Source: an uncultured Lysobacter sp.
Lineage (GTDB): Bacteria > Pseudomonadota > Gammaproteobacteria > Xanthomonadales > Xanthomonadaceae
Assembly (NCBI GenBank): GCA_966185905.1
Contig: CBIFVU010000001.1
Span: 1-60,036 of the forward strand
Length of the DNA stretch: 60,036 bases
Direction of reading: 5' to 3'
Shown: positions 1-10,232 of the stretch, one piece after another
How positions within the stretch are numbered: the stretch's first letter is position 1
Layout of the letters: each line of letters starts with the position of its first letter
Program-made: the position numbers and the translations under genes
The notes under the pieces: model-generated
The model's input: the letters and a program-made list of their open reading frames with translations, nothing else
What the model was told of the DNA's origin: nothing
Database searches by the model: none

Positions 1-1090
1 CCGACAGGCTGCCGCCCAGGCCCGACACGTTCAACGCGCCGGTGCCCAAGGCGCCCGCGCTGCCCAGGTTCAGGCCGCCGCCGCCGTTCAAACCGAAGCC
101 GCCGCTGAACGTGTTGGCGCCACTGAGGCTCAGCGTGCCCGTGCCGCCGAAGTCCAGGCCGCCGGTCCCACCGATGGCGCCCGACAGCGACAGATCGTTC
201 GCGCCACCGATACCCAGGGTCGCACCCGCGCTCAGATCGATGGCATTGCCGAGGTCCAAGCCGCCGACACTGGCCGACAGGCTGCCGCCCAGGCCCGACA
301 CGTTCAACGCGCCGGTGCCCAAGGCGCCGGCGCTGCCCAGACTCAAGTCGCCGCCACCGCTCAGGCCGAAGCCGCCGCTGAAGGTATTGGCACCGCTGAG
401 GCTCAGCGTACCCGTGCCACCGAAGTTCAGTCCGCCGGTCCCGCCGATGAGGCCCGACAGCGACAGATCGTTCGCGCCACCGATGGCCAGGGTCGCGCCA
501 GCGCCGAGATCGATGGCGTTGCCGAGATTCAAGCCCGCGATGCTGGTGGAGAGGCTGCCGCCCAAGCCCGACACGTTCAACGCACCAGTGCCCAGCGCGC
601 CTGCGCCGCCCAGGCTCAGGCCGCCACCGCCGCTCAGGCCGAAACCGCCGCTGAAGGTATTGGCGCCGCTGAGGCTCAACGTACCCGCGCCGCCGAAGCT
701 CAGTCCGCCCGCGCCGTCGATAACGCCCGACAGCGACAGATCGTTGGCGCCGCCGATGCCCAGTGTCGCGCCGGCTCCCAGATGGATCGCATTGCCCAGA
801 TCCAGTCCGGCGATGCCCGCGCTGAGGCTGCCGCCCAGGCCCGACACGTTGAGCGCGCCCGCACCCAGCGCACCGGCGCTGCCCAGGTTCAGGCCGCCGC
901 CGCCGCTCAATCCGAAACCGCCGCCGAAGGTGTTCGCGCCGCTAAGACTCAGCGTGCCGGTACCGCCGAAGTTAAGCCCGCCCGCACCGCCAATGGCGCC
1001 CGACAGGGCCAGGCTGTTGGTGCCGCCGATGTCCAGCAGCGTGCCGCCACCGAGGTTGATCGTATTGGCGAGGTCGAGCCCAGCGACGTT
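1..1090 (-). repeat. 273-bp (91-aa) tandem coding repeats in the autotransporter passenger, about 4 copies visible
   Basis: The motif ccgacaggctgccgcccaggcccgacacgtt recurs at 1, 274, ~547 and ~820. Confidence 0.85.
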
Positions 1091-4000
1091 CGCACCGAAC
1101 CTGGCGTTGCCGGTCACGTTGAGCGTGCCCGTGCCCAGCGCGCCCGCGGCGCCCACGAACAGGCCGCCACCGGACAGGTCCACGCCGCCGCTGAAGGTGT
1201 TGGTGCCGTTCAGGCTCAGAGTGCCGGTGCCCAGCTTGAGCAGCGAGCCGCTACCGCCGATGGCGCCGTCGAAGCTGCCATCCAGCCCGAGCCCGCCCAC
1301 CGACAACAGATTGCCGCCCAAGGCGATGCTGCCGCCGCCGCTGAGGTTGCCGAACGTCGCGTCGAAGCCATTGAGATCCAATGCGCCGGACGCGCCCAGG
1401 TTGAAGGCGCTGCCACCGAACATACCGGCACTGAGCGCGTCGCCGAACCGAAGAGCGCCAAAGTCGACCGAAACGCCCGAGCCGCTGCCGACCAGCCCGC
1501 CACCCGACAAGGTCAGCAAGCCGGTGTTGCCGGCGGTGCCGATGTTGAGCGTGGCGCCGGCGCCCAGATTGAGGCCGCCTCCCCAACCCGCGCTGAGCCC
1601 GGTGCCCACCGACAGGGTGCCGCCCGCTCCCGCCGCGAGATCGAGCGCATTGGCGAACGTTCCGTTGAGCCCGAGGATCAACTCGCCGCCGCCCAGGTCC
1701 ACGGCACCCGAGCCGAACGCCAACAGGTTGTTGGCACGCACCCGCCCGCCGCTCAGCGCGAAGCCGCCAGTGAACGTGTTGGCGCCGTTCAAGCTCAGCA
1801 AGCTGGGACCGGCATAGCTGAGGCGGCCATCGCCAGCGACGACACCGCTCAGGCTCCAGTCGAAATCGCCTCCCAGCGACAGGTTCGCGCCGGGGGCCAG
1901 GTTGACGGCGTTGACCATGTCGAAGCCGGCGAAGCTCGGGCCGAGCGTGGCATCTCCGGCGACGTTCAGCAGTCCGGCCCCGAGCGCGTTCGCGCTGCCC
2001 AGTTGCAAGCTGCCGCTGACCAGGCTGAGGCTGCCGTTCCAGAGCGAGTTGTTCCCGCTCAAGCCGAACACGCCGGTGCCATTCACGGTGAGCCCGCCGG
2101 TGCCGCTGAGGTTGCCCGCCAGGCTCAGGTTGTTGGCCCCACCGAGCGTGAGGCCGGCGTTGAGCGCGATCGCGTTGGCCAGAGTCACCGCGGCGCTCGA
2201 TTCGAGCGTGGCCGCGCCGTTGATCGCCAAGCTGCCGCTGCCGAGCGCCAAGTCGTTGCCGACCCGCAGCGTACCGCCGCCGAAATCGAGGCCGCCGCTG
2301 AAGGTGCTCGCACCCGACAGCGACAGCGCGCCGGTGCCGTTCCAGTTGAGGCCGCCCGTGCCGCCGATGGCGCCGCTGAAGTCCGAATCCAGTCCGGTGG
2401 CGCCCAGCGACAGGAACCCACTGCCCAGCGACAGCGCGCCCGAGCCGCTCAAGCGGCCCAGGGTGAGGTTCACTCCGTTGAGAGCGAAGGCGCCGGCGCC
2501 GCCGACATTCAGTCCCGCATCCGCCAACAATCCGCCATTGAAACCCGCGCCCAGGCCGAGCGTGCCGAAGTCCGCGGACAGCGCAGCGCCGGAGCCGATC
2601 ACAGAGCCGGCGCCCCAGTTGAGCAGCAAACCACCGGTCGCATCGCTCGCGCCGAAGCCCAGGGTGGCGCCCGCCCCCAGATTGACGTTGCCGCCGAGGG
2701 TGGCGTTGAAGCCGGTGCCCGCGGAGATCCTGGCCCCCAACCCGCCGCCGAGATTGATCGGATTGGCGAACACGCCGTTGGCGCCCAGCCGCAGTGCGCT
2801 GCCGCCGCCCAGGCCGATCGCGCCGGTGCCGAAGGCTGAGGTATGGCCGGCGAACACGGTGCCGCTGTTGACCGCCAGCCCGCCGCCGAAGCTATTGGCG
2901 CCCGACAGCGACAACAGGCCGGTGCCATTCCAGTTCAGGCCGCCGGTGCCGCCGATCGCACCACTGAAGGTCGAATCCAGGCCCGTGGCGCCCAGCGAGA
3001 GGAACCCGGTCCCCAGCGAGAGACTGCCCGACCCCGTCAGACGTCCCAGATGGGTGTCGATGCCGTTGAGATTGAAGGCGCCGGTGCCGCCGACGTTGAG
3101 CTCCGCGCCGCCGAGCAGGTTGCCGTCGAAGCCCGCGCCCAGGCCCAGCGTGCCGAAGTCCGCGGACAGCCGGGCGCCGGACGCGATGGACGAACCTGCG
3201 CCCCAGTTGAGCGACAGCCCACCGGTCGCGCCCGCGCGGCCGAAAGCGAGCGTCGATCCAGCGCCCAGGTTGACATTGCCGCCCAGCACCGCGTTCAAGC
3301 CGGTCCCGGCCGAGACGGTCGCGCCCAGTCCACTGCCGAGATTGATCGCGTTGGCGAAGGTTCCGTTGGCGCCCAGCGTCAACGAGGTGCCACCGCCCAA
3401 GCCGATCGCGCCAGTGCCGAAGGCGGACGTGTTGCCGCCGAAGACGCTGCCCGCATTGACCGTCAGGCCGCCGCCGAAGGTGTTGGCGCCCGACAGCGAC
3501 AACAGGCCCGTGCCGTTCCAGTCCAGCCCTCCGGTGCCGCCGATGACGCCGCCGAAGGTCGAGTTGAGCCCGGTCGCTCCCAGCGACAGGCGGCCGGCAC
3601 CGAGGTTGACCGAACCCGCCCCGGACAGCGACCCCGCAGTGATCGTGCCGACGGTCAGCCCGATCATGTCGAGGCTGCCCCCGGCATTGACCGTCAGGCG
3701 CGCCGTCCCGCCGGTGCCCGAGCCGAGGAAGCGCAGCGTGCCGCCGGTGTTGACGCCTATCGTCGCATCGCCCGCGCTGCTGGAACCGCCGAAGTCGAGA
3801 TTGCCGCCAACGGCGAGATTGGCGCTGCCGGCCGTGCTCGAACCTGCGAACACTGCGCTGCCGCCGCTGGCAACGGCGATGGTCGCCGAGCCCGCCGTGG
3901 CGGTTCCGTCGAAGCCCAAGTCGCCATTGGCGCCGACATTGATCTGCGCGTTGGCGGCCGTCGTGCCCGTGCCGTTGAAATTGAGCGCCCCGGCTCCCGT

Positions 4001-4447
4001 CACCCCCACATTGAACACCTGCTGGAACAACGAGTTGTTCTCGATGCCCGAGCCAGTCACGTTCAGGGTCGCTCCGGAAGCGGCCCCGAGGTTGAATGTG
4101 TACTGCTGGGCGATCGCAGTGAAGCGGATCGTGTCGATCGAGCTGTTGCTGCCGCTGCCGAAGGACACCACCGGAGCGAGAGAGGTGTTGAAGGTCGCGG
4201 TTCCGGTCGGCACCGTGCCCGAGCTCCAGCTCCCGCCGCTGGTCCAGGAGCCGCCGCCGAGCCCGGTCCAGGTCGCATCCTGGGCCGCTGCGACAGCCGG
4301 CTGCACCAACTGCAACACGACCAGGAACTGCAGCCCGAGGCGTATGTTCCGACTGAGAGGATGCAGACTTGCGGATTTGCGCTGCTCGCCGCGCCATTTC
4401 TTGCTGAAACGCTGGACCCAGAAACGACTCGTGGCGTTCTTCCGCAT
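2..4447 (-). CDS. Large autotransporter/adhesin passenger with autotransporter-associated beta-strand repeats; 3' end runs off the left window edge
   Basis: Absent from the ORF track because it has no stop in the window. ATG at 4447 follows AGGGAG. It reads MRKNATSRFW...LQLVQPAVAAAQDATWTGLGGGSW..., an extended signal peptide followed by Gly/Asn/Thr-rich repeats with L-S-G-A-N-T-F-x-G-G-L motifs. The same frame reads sensibly at position 2 (...NGGGGLNLGSAGALGTGALNVSGLGGSLS). Confidence 0.9.
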   Translation of the reverse strand, partial: MRKNATSRFWVQRFSKKWRGEQRKSASLHPLSRNIRLGLQFLVVLQLVQPAVAAAQDATWTGLGGGSWTSGGSWSSGTVPTGTATFNTSLAPVVSFGSGSNSSIDTIRFTAIAQQYTFNLGAASGATLNVTGSGIENNSLFQQVFNVGVTGAGALNFNGTGTTAANAQINVGANGDLGFDGTATAGSATIAVASGGSAVFAGSSTAGSANLAVGGNLDFGGSSSAGDATIGVNTGGTLRFLGSGTGGTARLTVNAGGSLDMIGLTVGTITAGSLSGAGSVNLGAGRLSLGATGLNSTFGGVIGGTGGLDWNGTGLLSLSGANTFGGGLTVNAGSVFGGNTSAFGTGAIGLGGGTSLTLGANGTFANAINLGSGLGATVSAGTGLNAVLGGNVNLGAGSTLAFGRAGATGGLSLNWGAGSSIASGARLSADFGTLGLGAGFDGNLLGGAELNVGGTGAFNLNGIDTHLGRLTGSGSLSLGTGFLSLGATGLDSTFSGAIGGTGGLNWNGTGLLSLSGANSFGGGLAVNSGTVFAGHTSAFGTGAIGLGGGSALRLGANGVFANPINLGGGLGARISAGTGFNATLGGNVNLGAGATLGFGASDATGGLLLNWGAGSVIGSGAALSADFGTLGLGAGFNGGLLADAGLNVGGAGAFALNGVNLTLGRLSGSGALSLGSGFLSLGATGLDSDFSGAIGGTGGLNWNGTGALSLSGASTFSGGLDFGGGTLRVGNDLALGSGSLAINGAATLESSAAVTLANAIALNAGLTLGGANNLSLAGNLSGTGGLTVNGTGVFGLSGNNSLWNGSLSLVSGSLQLGSANALGAGLLNVAGDATLGPSFAGFDMVNAVNLAPGANLSLGGDFDWSLSGVVAGDGRLSYAGPSLLSLNGANTFTGGFALSGGRVRANNLLAFGSGAVDLGGGELILGLNGTFANALDLAAGAGGTLSVGTGLSAGWGGGLNLGAGATLNIGTAGNTGLLTLSGGGLVGSGSGVSVDFGALRFGDALSAGMFGGSAFNLGASGALDLNGFDATFGNLSGGGSIALGGNLLSVGGLGLDGSFDGAIGGSGSLLKLGTGTLSLNGTNTFSGGVDLSGGGLFVGAAGALGTGTLNVTGNARFGANVAGLDLANTINLGGGTLLDIGGTNSLALSGAIGGAGGLNFGGTGTLSLSGANTFGGGFGLSGGGGLNLGSAGALGAGALNVSGLGGSLSAGIAGLDLGNAIHLGAGATLGIGGANDLSLSGVIDGAGGLSFGGAGTLSLSGANTFSGGFGLSGGGGLSLGGAGALGTGALNVSGLGGSLSTSIAGLNLGNAIDLGAGATLAIGGANDLSLSGLIGGTGGLNFGGTGTLSLSGANTFSGGFGLSGGGDLSLGSAGALGTGALNVSGLGGSLSASVGGLDLGNAIDLSAGATLGIGGANDLSLSGAIGGTGGLDFGGTGTLSLSGANTFSGGFGLNGGGGLNLGSAGALGTGALNVSGLGGSLS
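2300..3600 (-). repeat. 588-bp (196-aa) period coding repeats in the autotransporter passenger
   Basis: cccgacagcgaca... recurs at 2313, 2901 and 3489, an exact 588-bp spacing. Confidence 0.8.
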
Positions 4448-4832
4448 GACCGCTCTCCCTACAGCGACGTAATGGATACGACGGCGTGCCTTTGCTCCGG
4501 CCCGTGGATGAATCCCGGGGTCCGAAGCTCAGAAACGGAGTTTTTGATGCTCGTCACACATTTATATCGACGCGCGTAGCGATTCATTCCGCAAAAGCAG
4601 TTGAAAGACGATTAAAAGCATCGAAATTCGTGAGCCCTTCTACACCTGTTTCCGAAATATTCATGTCTACTGCAAGGGGTCTCGGCTCCCTAGCGAAAAA
4701 GATGAACGGGAAAAACCCTGTAATTTCAGCCTGTTCACGAATTGCAGCGCTCGGCTTGTTCAGCTTTTCGTCCGGACTCGATAACCGGTTAGGGCAACCG
4801 GACTTGGACGCATCCAGCGCAGGGTCCGTGTG

Positions 4833-5198
4833 ATGCATCTGGAGGACCGGATACGTCACGCGCGACTGCGCGCAAAGCTGTCGCAGCACGACCTGGCCGC
4901 CAAAATCGGCGTACAGCGCAGTGCAGTCGCGCAGTGGGAAAGAAAGGGCGGCAGCGTGCCCTCGATGAGCCATCTGATCGAGATCGCGCTCGCGTCCGGC
5001 GTGACCCTGGAATGGCTGGGTACGGGGCGAGGGCCGGTCAGGGCCGACGAAGAAACCTGGACGCCGGCGGTCCAGAATCTCGACTTCGCTCAAGACGAAA
5101 TCGAGTATCAGTGCTTGCAGGACTTGAGACGGCTGCCGCGTCCGCTGCGGGAAAATGTGGCGGAGATCATCGCGGCGCTTGCGCAGGGCAAGTCCTGA
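4833..5198 (+). CDS. XRE/Cro-CI family HTH transcriptional regulator, divergent from the autotransporter
   Basis: RIRHARLRAKLSQHDLAAKIGVQRSAVAQWE...LEWLGTG is a typical HTH_3 pattern. Confidence 0.9.
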   Translation: MHLEDRIRHARLRAKLSQHDLAAKIGVQRSAVAQWERKGGSVPSMSHLIEIALASGVTLEWLGTGRGPVRADEETWTPAVQNLDFAQDEIEYQCLQDLRRLPRPLRENVAEIIAALAQGKS

Positions 5199-5356
5199 GG
5201 CTGCGGCGATTCTTGCAGCCTCGCGTCATGTTCGCCCTCGCGCCCGAGGCACCGAGAGCCGGGCCGGATTCCCATACCGCACCGCGGCATCCGCGTATAC
5301 AGGATTGTCTGCCGGATCCAACGCGGCCTGGGCGGCGCCTGAGCCGCTGTCGATCC

Positions 5357-5392
5357 CAGCGCCTTTTCTTACCAGCAGGGCGTTGTTTTTTT
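5357..5392 (+). terminator. Possible intrinsic terminator downstream of the XRE gene
   Basis: CAGCGCCTT...AGGGCGTTG stem (with G-U pairs) followed by a T7 run. Confidence 0.4.
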
Positions 5393-5813
5393 CCGACCCA
5401 ACACGCGCTCGCTCTTTGTTGAATATTCGGCATTGAGCTGGGTGTTCGATCTCTCCCGCACGGCGAGAGTCACGCCTGCGCCAGCGCGATCCATCGCCTC
5501 CGAGGTCGGGGCCGGTACAGGCAAGGCCCGGGCGCCGCGAACCCGGCCCATGCCAAGTCCGGCGCCGCCATGGGTTCCGTCCAGCGGGCCGGATTCTTCC
5601 ACTCAAACCGACAGCCGGGCCCCATCAGCTCGGCTTGAGCGTCCGGCCGGGCTCGTGCGTTCTGGCACGGGTACGCAACAGGCGGCCCTGCCGCATGTGC
5701 GGGAAATCATCGAGTTCCTGTCTGCAGGACGAGCCCGAAATACCTGCGCATTTTCTAATTATAAATAAACCCAGCCGGAAACTCGGCTCAATTCATTCAA
5801 CAGGAAAATCAAT

Positions 5814-6074
5814 ATGAATATAGACATTTACAAGACAAACCAGCGCCATACATTCCTCGCGGTTCCCTCAGGCTCCCCTGTCCCCGCGAATTTCCTGCAG
5901 AACCAGGCGGAAGCGCCGCCAGCCTTCAAGCGTTCGATTTCTTTAACGGATGGACCGCGAATCTGGTTGAACCATGCCCGGGTCAGCGCTGAGATACGAC
6001 AGCAGGGCTGGTCCCTCGTCCAAACAGGGCTACCACCTTCCGACTGCACATCCCCCAGGCGCTCCTGCCGCTAG
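5814..6074 (+). CDS. Small hypothetical protein, distant YcgL/DUF6139-like
   Basis: AGGA ribosome site and an AT-rich promoter. MNIDIYK...FLAVPSG...EIRQQGW resembles these small families by recall only. Confidence 0.55.
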   Translation: MNIDIYKTNQRHTFLAVPSGSPVPANFLQNQAEAPPAFKRSISLTDGPRIWLNHARVSAEIRQQGWSLVQTGLPPSDCTSPRRSCR

Positions 6075-6362
6075 GCAGGTCTGGTGGCCGTGCCGCCCGC
6101 GCAGCGGCAGGCACGAAGCATCTGCTACGGCTTATCGGTCGCGGCCTCGGCGGCGACTCCCACGGCTCGGTCCGGCGGCCGCTGGCAGTATCGGAGCGCC
6201 CCCGGACGACACCTTCTTCCGGCCTCGGGACTTCGCGTCGCGCGGGTGGGCCTGTTGCGCCTCAGCGCGAAAAATCTGAAAAACAGTTTGCTATATACAT
6301 TTTCTCAAGCCAATCGAGATATATCGCTTGACAGTTGACCGTCCGGGCCAGACCCTTGATGG

Positions 6363-6791
6363 ATGAAGATCGATCTCGATGCCCTCAGCCTGCAGGAGCT
6401 GACCTCCCTTTTGACGGCCGCGGAGAAGCGCAAGCGACTGCTGTCCAGTCGTCGCTCCGCCGCTTCGGTGCGCCGGAAAGTGGTCGCGCTCGCCGCCCAA
6501 CACGGCTATACGATCGAGGAACTGTACGGCGACCGGCCGTCGGCCGAGGCGGCCGAGGCACCGGGCAAGAAACGCGCCCCGCGGCGCAAGCAGGCCAAGG
6601 TCGCGCCCAAGTACCGCGACCCGGACAACAAGCGCAATACCTGGTCGGGCCGCGGGCGCATGCCGCGGTGGCTGGCCCACAAGACCAAGCATGGCCGTAG
6701 CGTTGCCGATTTCCTGATTCCCGGCTTGGCCAAGCCCACCGCGCGCAAGAACGGGACGATAGGCCGGCGGACGCTCATCAAGCCGGATTGA
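6363..6791 (+). CDS. H-NS family nucleoid-associated protein (XrvA-like)
   Basis: C-terminal KVAPKYRDPDNKRNTWSGRGRMPRWL is the H-NS DNA-binding signature; N-terminal coiled coil. Confidence 0.95.
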   Translation: MKIDLDALSLQELTSLLTAAEKRKRLLSSRRSAASVRRKVVALAAQHGYTIEELYGDRPSAEAAEAPGKKRAPRRKQAKVAPKYRDPDNKRNTWSGRGRMPRWLAHKTKHGRSVADFLIPGLAKPTARKNGTIGRRTLIKPD

Positions 6792-7195
6792 TGCAGGGGT
6801 CTTGGCGCCTGGGGCGGGGTCGAGCAACAGTCGCCGTGACCATTCAGCCGGCGAAGCTCGATCCATAGCCGAAGCCTCCGCCTGCGACCTTTCGCCATCC
6901 GCGGAAAGTCGATCCTGCATGGGAATCCAGACCGCCCGTTACGCCCCCGCGTCGCCCCAGGCAGTGGGGGATCCGGCCTCAGGCGCCCGCGCCTTTCTTG
7001 CAGCGCGGCAAGCAGGGCACGCCGGATCGCAGGCAGCAGCGAAGAAGCAGCCACTGGACCGTATCTTCTTGGCCAGCGCGGGCCAGGGAGTGTCCAAGCG
7101 GACGCGGCCAGAAAATCGGCGCCCATCCAGGGCGCCGAACAGGGAGAAATCTGGGGCCCGGCGAAGCCTGGCCCGCTGCGCTATCCGACCACCGG

Positions 7196-8998
7196 TCAGG
7201 GCAGGGTGTTCAAGGTCGCCCGCACCGGCCTGGAGAAATTGAAGCCATCGCGCCGGTCCCAATTGATCGACCACGTCATGACGCCGCGGAACGCCGGATA
7301 GGCCTGCTGCGGCCGGATGGTTCCGCAACTCTGCAGCCGCGTCAGACAGTCCAGGGCATTGGCGATCGTGCTCGCCGACGCCTGCCCGCTGTTGGCCGAG
7401 GACGGGCCTGAGGGCAGCCCCAGCGCCACTTGGTCCGGCCGCAGGCCGTTGAAGACCACGCCGGTGTTGTTGTTGGTCCTGAACCCCTCGATCAGCATCA
7501 GGCTGGCGCCCACCAGCATGTCGACCGACCCCTCGGCCAAGCCGTTCTGGCTGTACGGCGAGTACAGCGCGCCATTGTTGTAGTACTGCACGTGGATCAG
7601 GTCCAGTTCCTCGCGCAAGCCATCGATGATCGGCAGATACGCGCCCCAGATCCCGCTGTACGCAGCGAAGCCGCCCTGGACATAGGGGTGCTCGGGCGCC
7701 ATCGACAGATAGAACGACGGACCGATGCGCGTACTGAGCTGCTTGATGGCCGCGACCAGATTGGTCTGCACGGCAGCGCCGTGGTACACCCCCGCGCCGC
7801 TTTCCAGGTCGATGTCCACGCCGTCGAAACCGTAATAGCGGATCAGATCCTCCATGCTGTCGACGAAGTTGGCGACCTGCGCCGCGTTGTTCAGGCTCAC
7901 CGTGCCGTTCTGCCCGCCCAGCGACAGCACGACCTTCTTGCCGAGCGCGCGCGCCGCGGCCACGTCGGCCCGGAACTGCGCTTCTGTTCCCGCCCCCGGA
8001 TCGACCGTGAAGCTGACGGCGCCGTTGCCCGCGTCGTCGCCGAAGGCGACCACGATGACGTCGAAATCGCCGGACACCTGGCTGATCGGAAAGGCGGGGC
8101 CAGAGGGATTGGCGAAGTTGTGCCAATACCCCACCAGCGCATGGCGCGGCAAGGCATTGTCGCCGCCGCCGGCACGGGTGGTCGCGCTGATCTGCGCGCC
8201 TTGCGCCGAGGCATTGCCGGCGTGGTCGCGAGCGCGCACGCGGAAGGTGTAGGCCGTGGATGCGGCCAGGCCCGTGTTGCTGAAAGAAGTACCCGTGGGC
8301 GACCCGACCAGCGCGCCATCGCGGTAGACATCGTAGCCGGCGACGCCGCTGCCGCCCGCATTGTCGGTCGCCGCATTCCAGCTCAGGTCGATGGTCGATG
8401 CCGTCGCCGAGGCTGCAACCAGCCCGGTCGGCACGCTGGGAGCGGTGGTGTCCGGGGTGGCGACCGGATCGACGGTGATGTTGACCGTAGCCGATGTGGT
8501 GGCGGCGCCTTCGTTGTCGGTGGCGACTGCCGTGATCGCATGACTGCCCACGACCGCGTTGGCCCAGGTCGCGCTGTAGGGAGGCGTGGCGTCGATACCC
8601 AGCGAGATGCCGCTTCGGAAGAACTGCACCTGGGCGACCGTGCCGTTGGCATCGGCCGCATTGGCCGTAGCGATGATGGTCGCGCCTGCAGCGAAGGTGG
8701 CGCCACTCGCAGGCGCGGTCAATGCGACCGTGGGCGGTGGGTTACCGCCGCCGACACTGCAAGCCCCGAGATCCTGGTAGTAACCGCAACTGGGGCAGTG
8801 CGTGGGCGGCGTGTTCCAGATCGACGCAGTCGCCTGGTACAGCCGCCCCTGATAGACGAGCTTGCTGCCCGCGTTGTAGATGGTGGCCGCGTTCCAATCG
8901 GCGATACCGGCACAACTCACGCCCTGCGCGTGCGCGGGCGGCAAACCGGCCGCCAGCAGAAATCCGGACAGCAGGACGGCTGTCGCTCTGATGCTCAT
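7196..8998 (-). CDS. Secreted GH18 chitinase (signal peptide, CBM5/12 chitin-binding, Ig-like, FN3, GH18)
   Basis: ATG at 8998 follows GGAG. WNAATIYNAG...YQGRLY is CBM-like, then NPPPTVALTAP Ig and DTTAPSVPTGL FN3 modules. The catalytic FDGVDIDLE (DxDxE) and GVMTWSINWD motifs are present. Confidence 0.95.
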   Translation of the reverse strand: MSIRATAVLLSGFLLAAGLPPAHAQGVSCAGIADWNAATIYNAGSKLVYQGRLYQATASIWNTPPTHCPSCGYYQDLGACSVGGGNPPPTVALTAPASGATFAAGATIIATANAADANGTVAQVQFFRSGISLGIDATPPYSATWANAVVGSHAITAVATDNEGAATTSATVNITVDPVATPDTTAPSVPTGLVAASATASTIDLSWNAATDNAGGSGVAGYDVYRDGALVGSPTGTSFSNTGLAASTAYTFRVRARDHAGNASAQGAQISATTRAGGGDNALPRHALVGYWHNFANPSGPAFPISQVSGDFDVIVVAFGDDAGNGAVSFTVDPGAGTEAQFRADVAAARALGKKVVLSLGGQNGTVSLNNAAQVANFVDSMEDLIRYYGFDGVDIDLESGAGVYHGAAVQTNLVAAIKQLSTRIGPSFYLSMAPEHPYVQGGFAAYSGIWGAYLPIIDGLREELDLIHVQYYNNGALYSPYSQNGLAEGSVDMLVGASLMLIEGFRTNNNTGVVFNGLRPDQVALGLPSGPSSANSGQASASTIANALDCLTRLQSCGTIRPQQAYPAFRGVMTWSINWDRRDGFNFSRPVRATLNTLP

Positions 8999-9300
8999 TG
9001 GTTGTGTTCTCCAGGTGCCTGGTGGTTGGGGAAGGAGGCGAGCGCAGATGCGCCGGCCTATCGAGCCGCGCGCGTCGAGCCTGCGCCGGCGCGGCCGTTC
9101 CCCCCAGAGAACAATGGCGACAGTGGTGCGGTCGGGTGCCGATCCGCAGATGCGCTGCATGCCTGTGCAGCGCTATCGAATGCTGCCGACTGTGGTGCGC
9201 GGTCGACTGCATGTCAAGCCGGCGATTTACGATTATTGCGGCGGTCGTCACGCTGTGGAGCATGCGGCCCTGCGGCCACGTCGCAGGCGCCTGCCCGGCC

Positions 9301-9654
9301 TCAGACCAGGACCTGCCGTGTACGCCTGAGAAAGGCGTGTACTTCCCTCTCGGCCTCGGCATCGATCATCGCCTCGGGGCCGCAACCGTTCGGACAACGG
9401 AGACGGGGCGTGGTGCCGAACAGGCGGCAGATCAGCGGCCGCTCGCTATAGGCTTCGCAGCCGTTCGGCCCGAGATGCGGACACGACCAATCGGACAAGG
9501 CCGCATCGCGCGCCTGCGCTGACTTGACCGGCAATCGGGCCATTTCCTCCGACGATGCCGTGACCGGCCCACAACAGTCGTGGCAGCCCTCCAGGCAGCG
9601 GAACGCAGGAATCTTCCGCCTCAAGGCATCCAGGTCCCTGTCGTTTCTCGTCAT
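9301..9654 (-). CDS. YkgJ-family cysteine-cluster (Fe-S/Zn) protein
   Basis: CxxxCxxCC, CPHLxxxGC, YxxRPxxCR and CP motifs. Confidence 0.9.
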   Translation of the reverse strand: MTRNDRDLDALRRKIPAFRCLEGCHDCCGPVTASSEEMARLPVKSAQARDAALSDWSCPHLGPNGCEAYSERPLICRLFGTTPRLRCPNGCGPEAMIDAEAEREVHAFLRRTRQVLV

Positions 9655-9700
9655 CGCCTGCCGTCCTGGATCGCCGGGATGGGGCGCCCGGAGGCGCCGG

Positions 9701-9913
9701 TCACGCCTTCTTGAGGAATTCGGTCCGCAATACCAGCCCCTTGACCTTCTCGACATTGCACTCGATGAGCTCCTCGTCGTCGGTCAGGCGGATGTTCTTG
9801 CACAGCGTACCGCGCTTGAGCGTCACCGAGGTGCCCTTGACCTTGAGGTCCTTGATGACCAGGACCGAGTCGCCGTTCGCGAGCGGGGTGCCGTTGCTGT
9901 CCTTCACGATCAT
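9701..9913 (-). CDS. PhnA-domain protein (stand-alone C-terminal domain)
   Basis: VKDSNGTPLANGDSVLVIKDLKVKG...LKRGT..KNIRL...LRTEFLKKA; GGAG ribosome site. Confidence 0.9.
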   Translation of the reverse strand: MIVKDSNGTPLANGDSVLVIKDLKVKGTSVTLKRGTLCKNIRLTDDEELIECNVEKVKGLVLRTEFLKKA

Positions 9914-9974
9914 TTTTCTGCTCCGTTAATCAAACAGGGATGGGGCCTGACGGAAGCGGGGCCGTGGCCGGCGC

Positions 9975-10220
9975 TTACTGGCCGGGATTTTTCCTCACAC
10001 CGCAACGTATCGGGGTGTCGAAGGTAAGGAACATCGCATCGCGATAGGCCCGGCGATATCGCAAGGCGCGGTCCGCCTGGATGCGGGTCAGGCCGTTGGC
10101 CACGAAGTGGGACGCCAGCTCCGCATCGCTGGAGCGGTGGTCGTTCTCCAGATGGCTTTCCACGAAGGCCAGGACCGGCCACGGCAGCACCGCCAGTTCG
10201 GGATCGGGCTCAAGCAACAT
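9975..10220 (-). CDS. Hypothetical protein
   Basis: GAGG ribosome site, protein-like composition, co-oriented with its neighbours. Confidence 0.55.
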   Translation of the reverse strand: MLLEPDPELAVLPWPVLAFVESHLENDHRSSDAELASHFVANGLTRIQADRALRYRRAYRDAMFLTFDTPIRCGVRKNPGQ

Positions 10221-10232
10221 CGCGCACCTCGC

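Noticed and set aside
42-4579. Long Pro/Ala-rich plus-strand ORFs (42-1817, 782-2839, 1902-4472, 2843-4579)
   Set aside because: Antisense shadows of the minus-strand autotransporter, caused by GC-rich codon bias.
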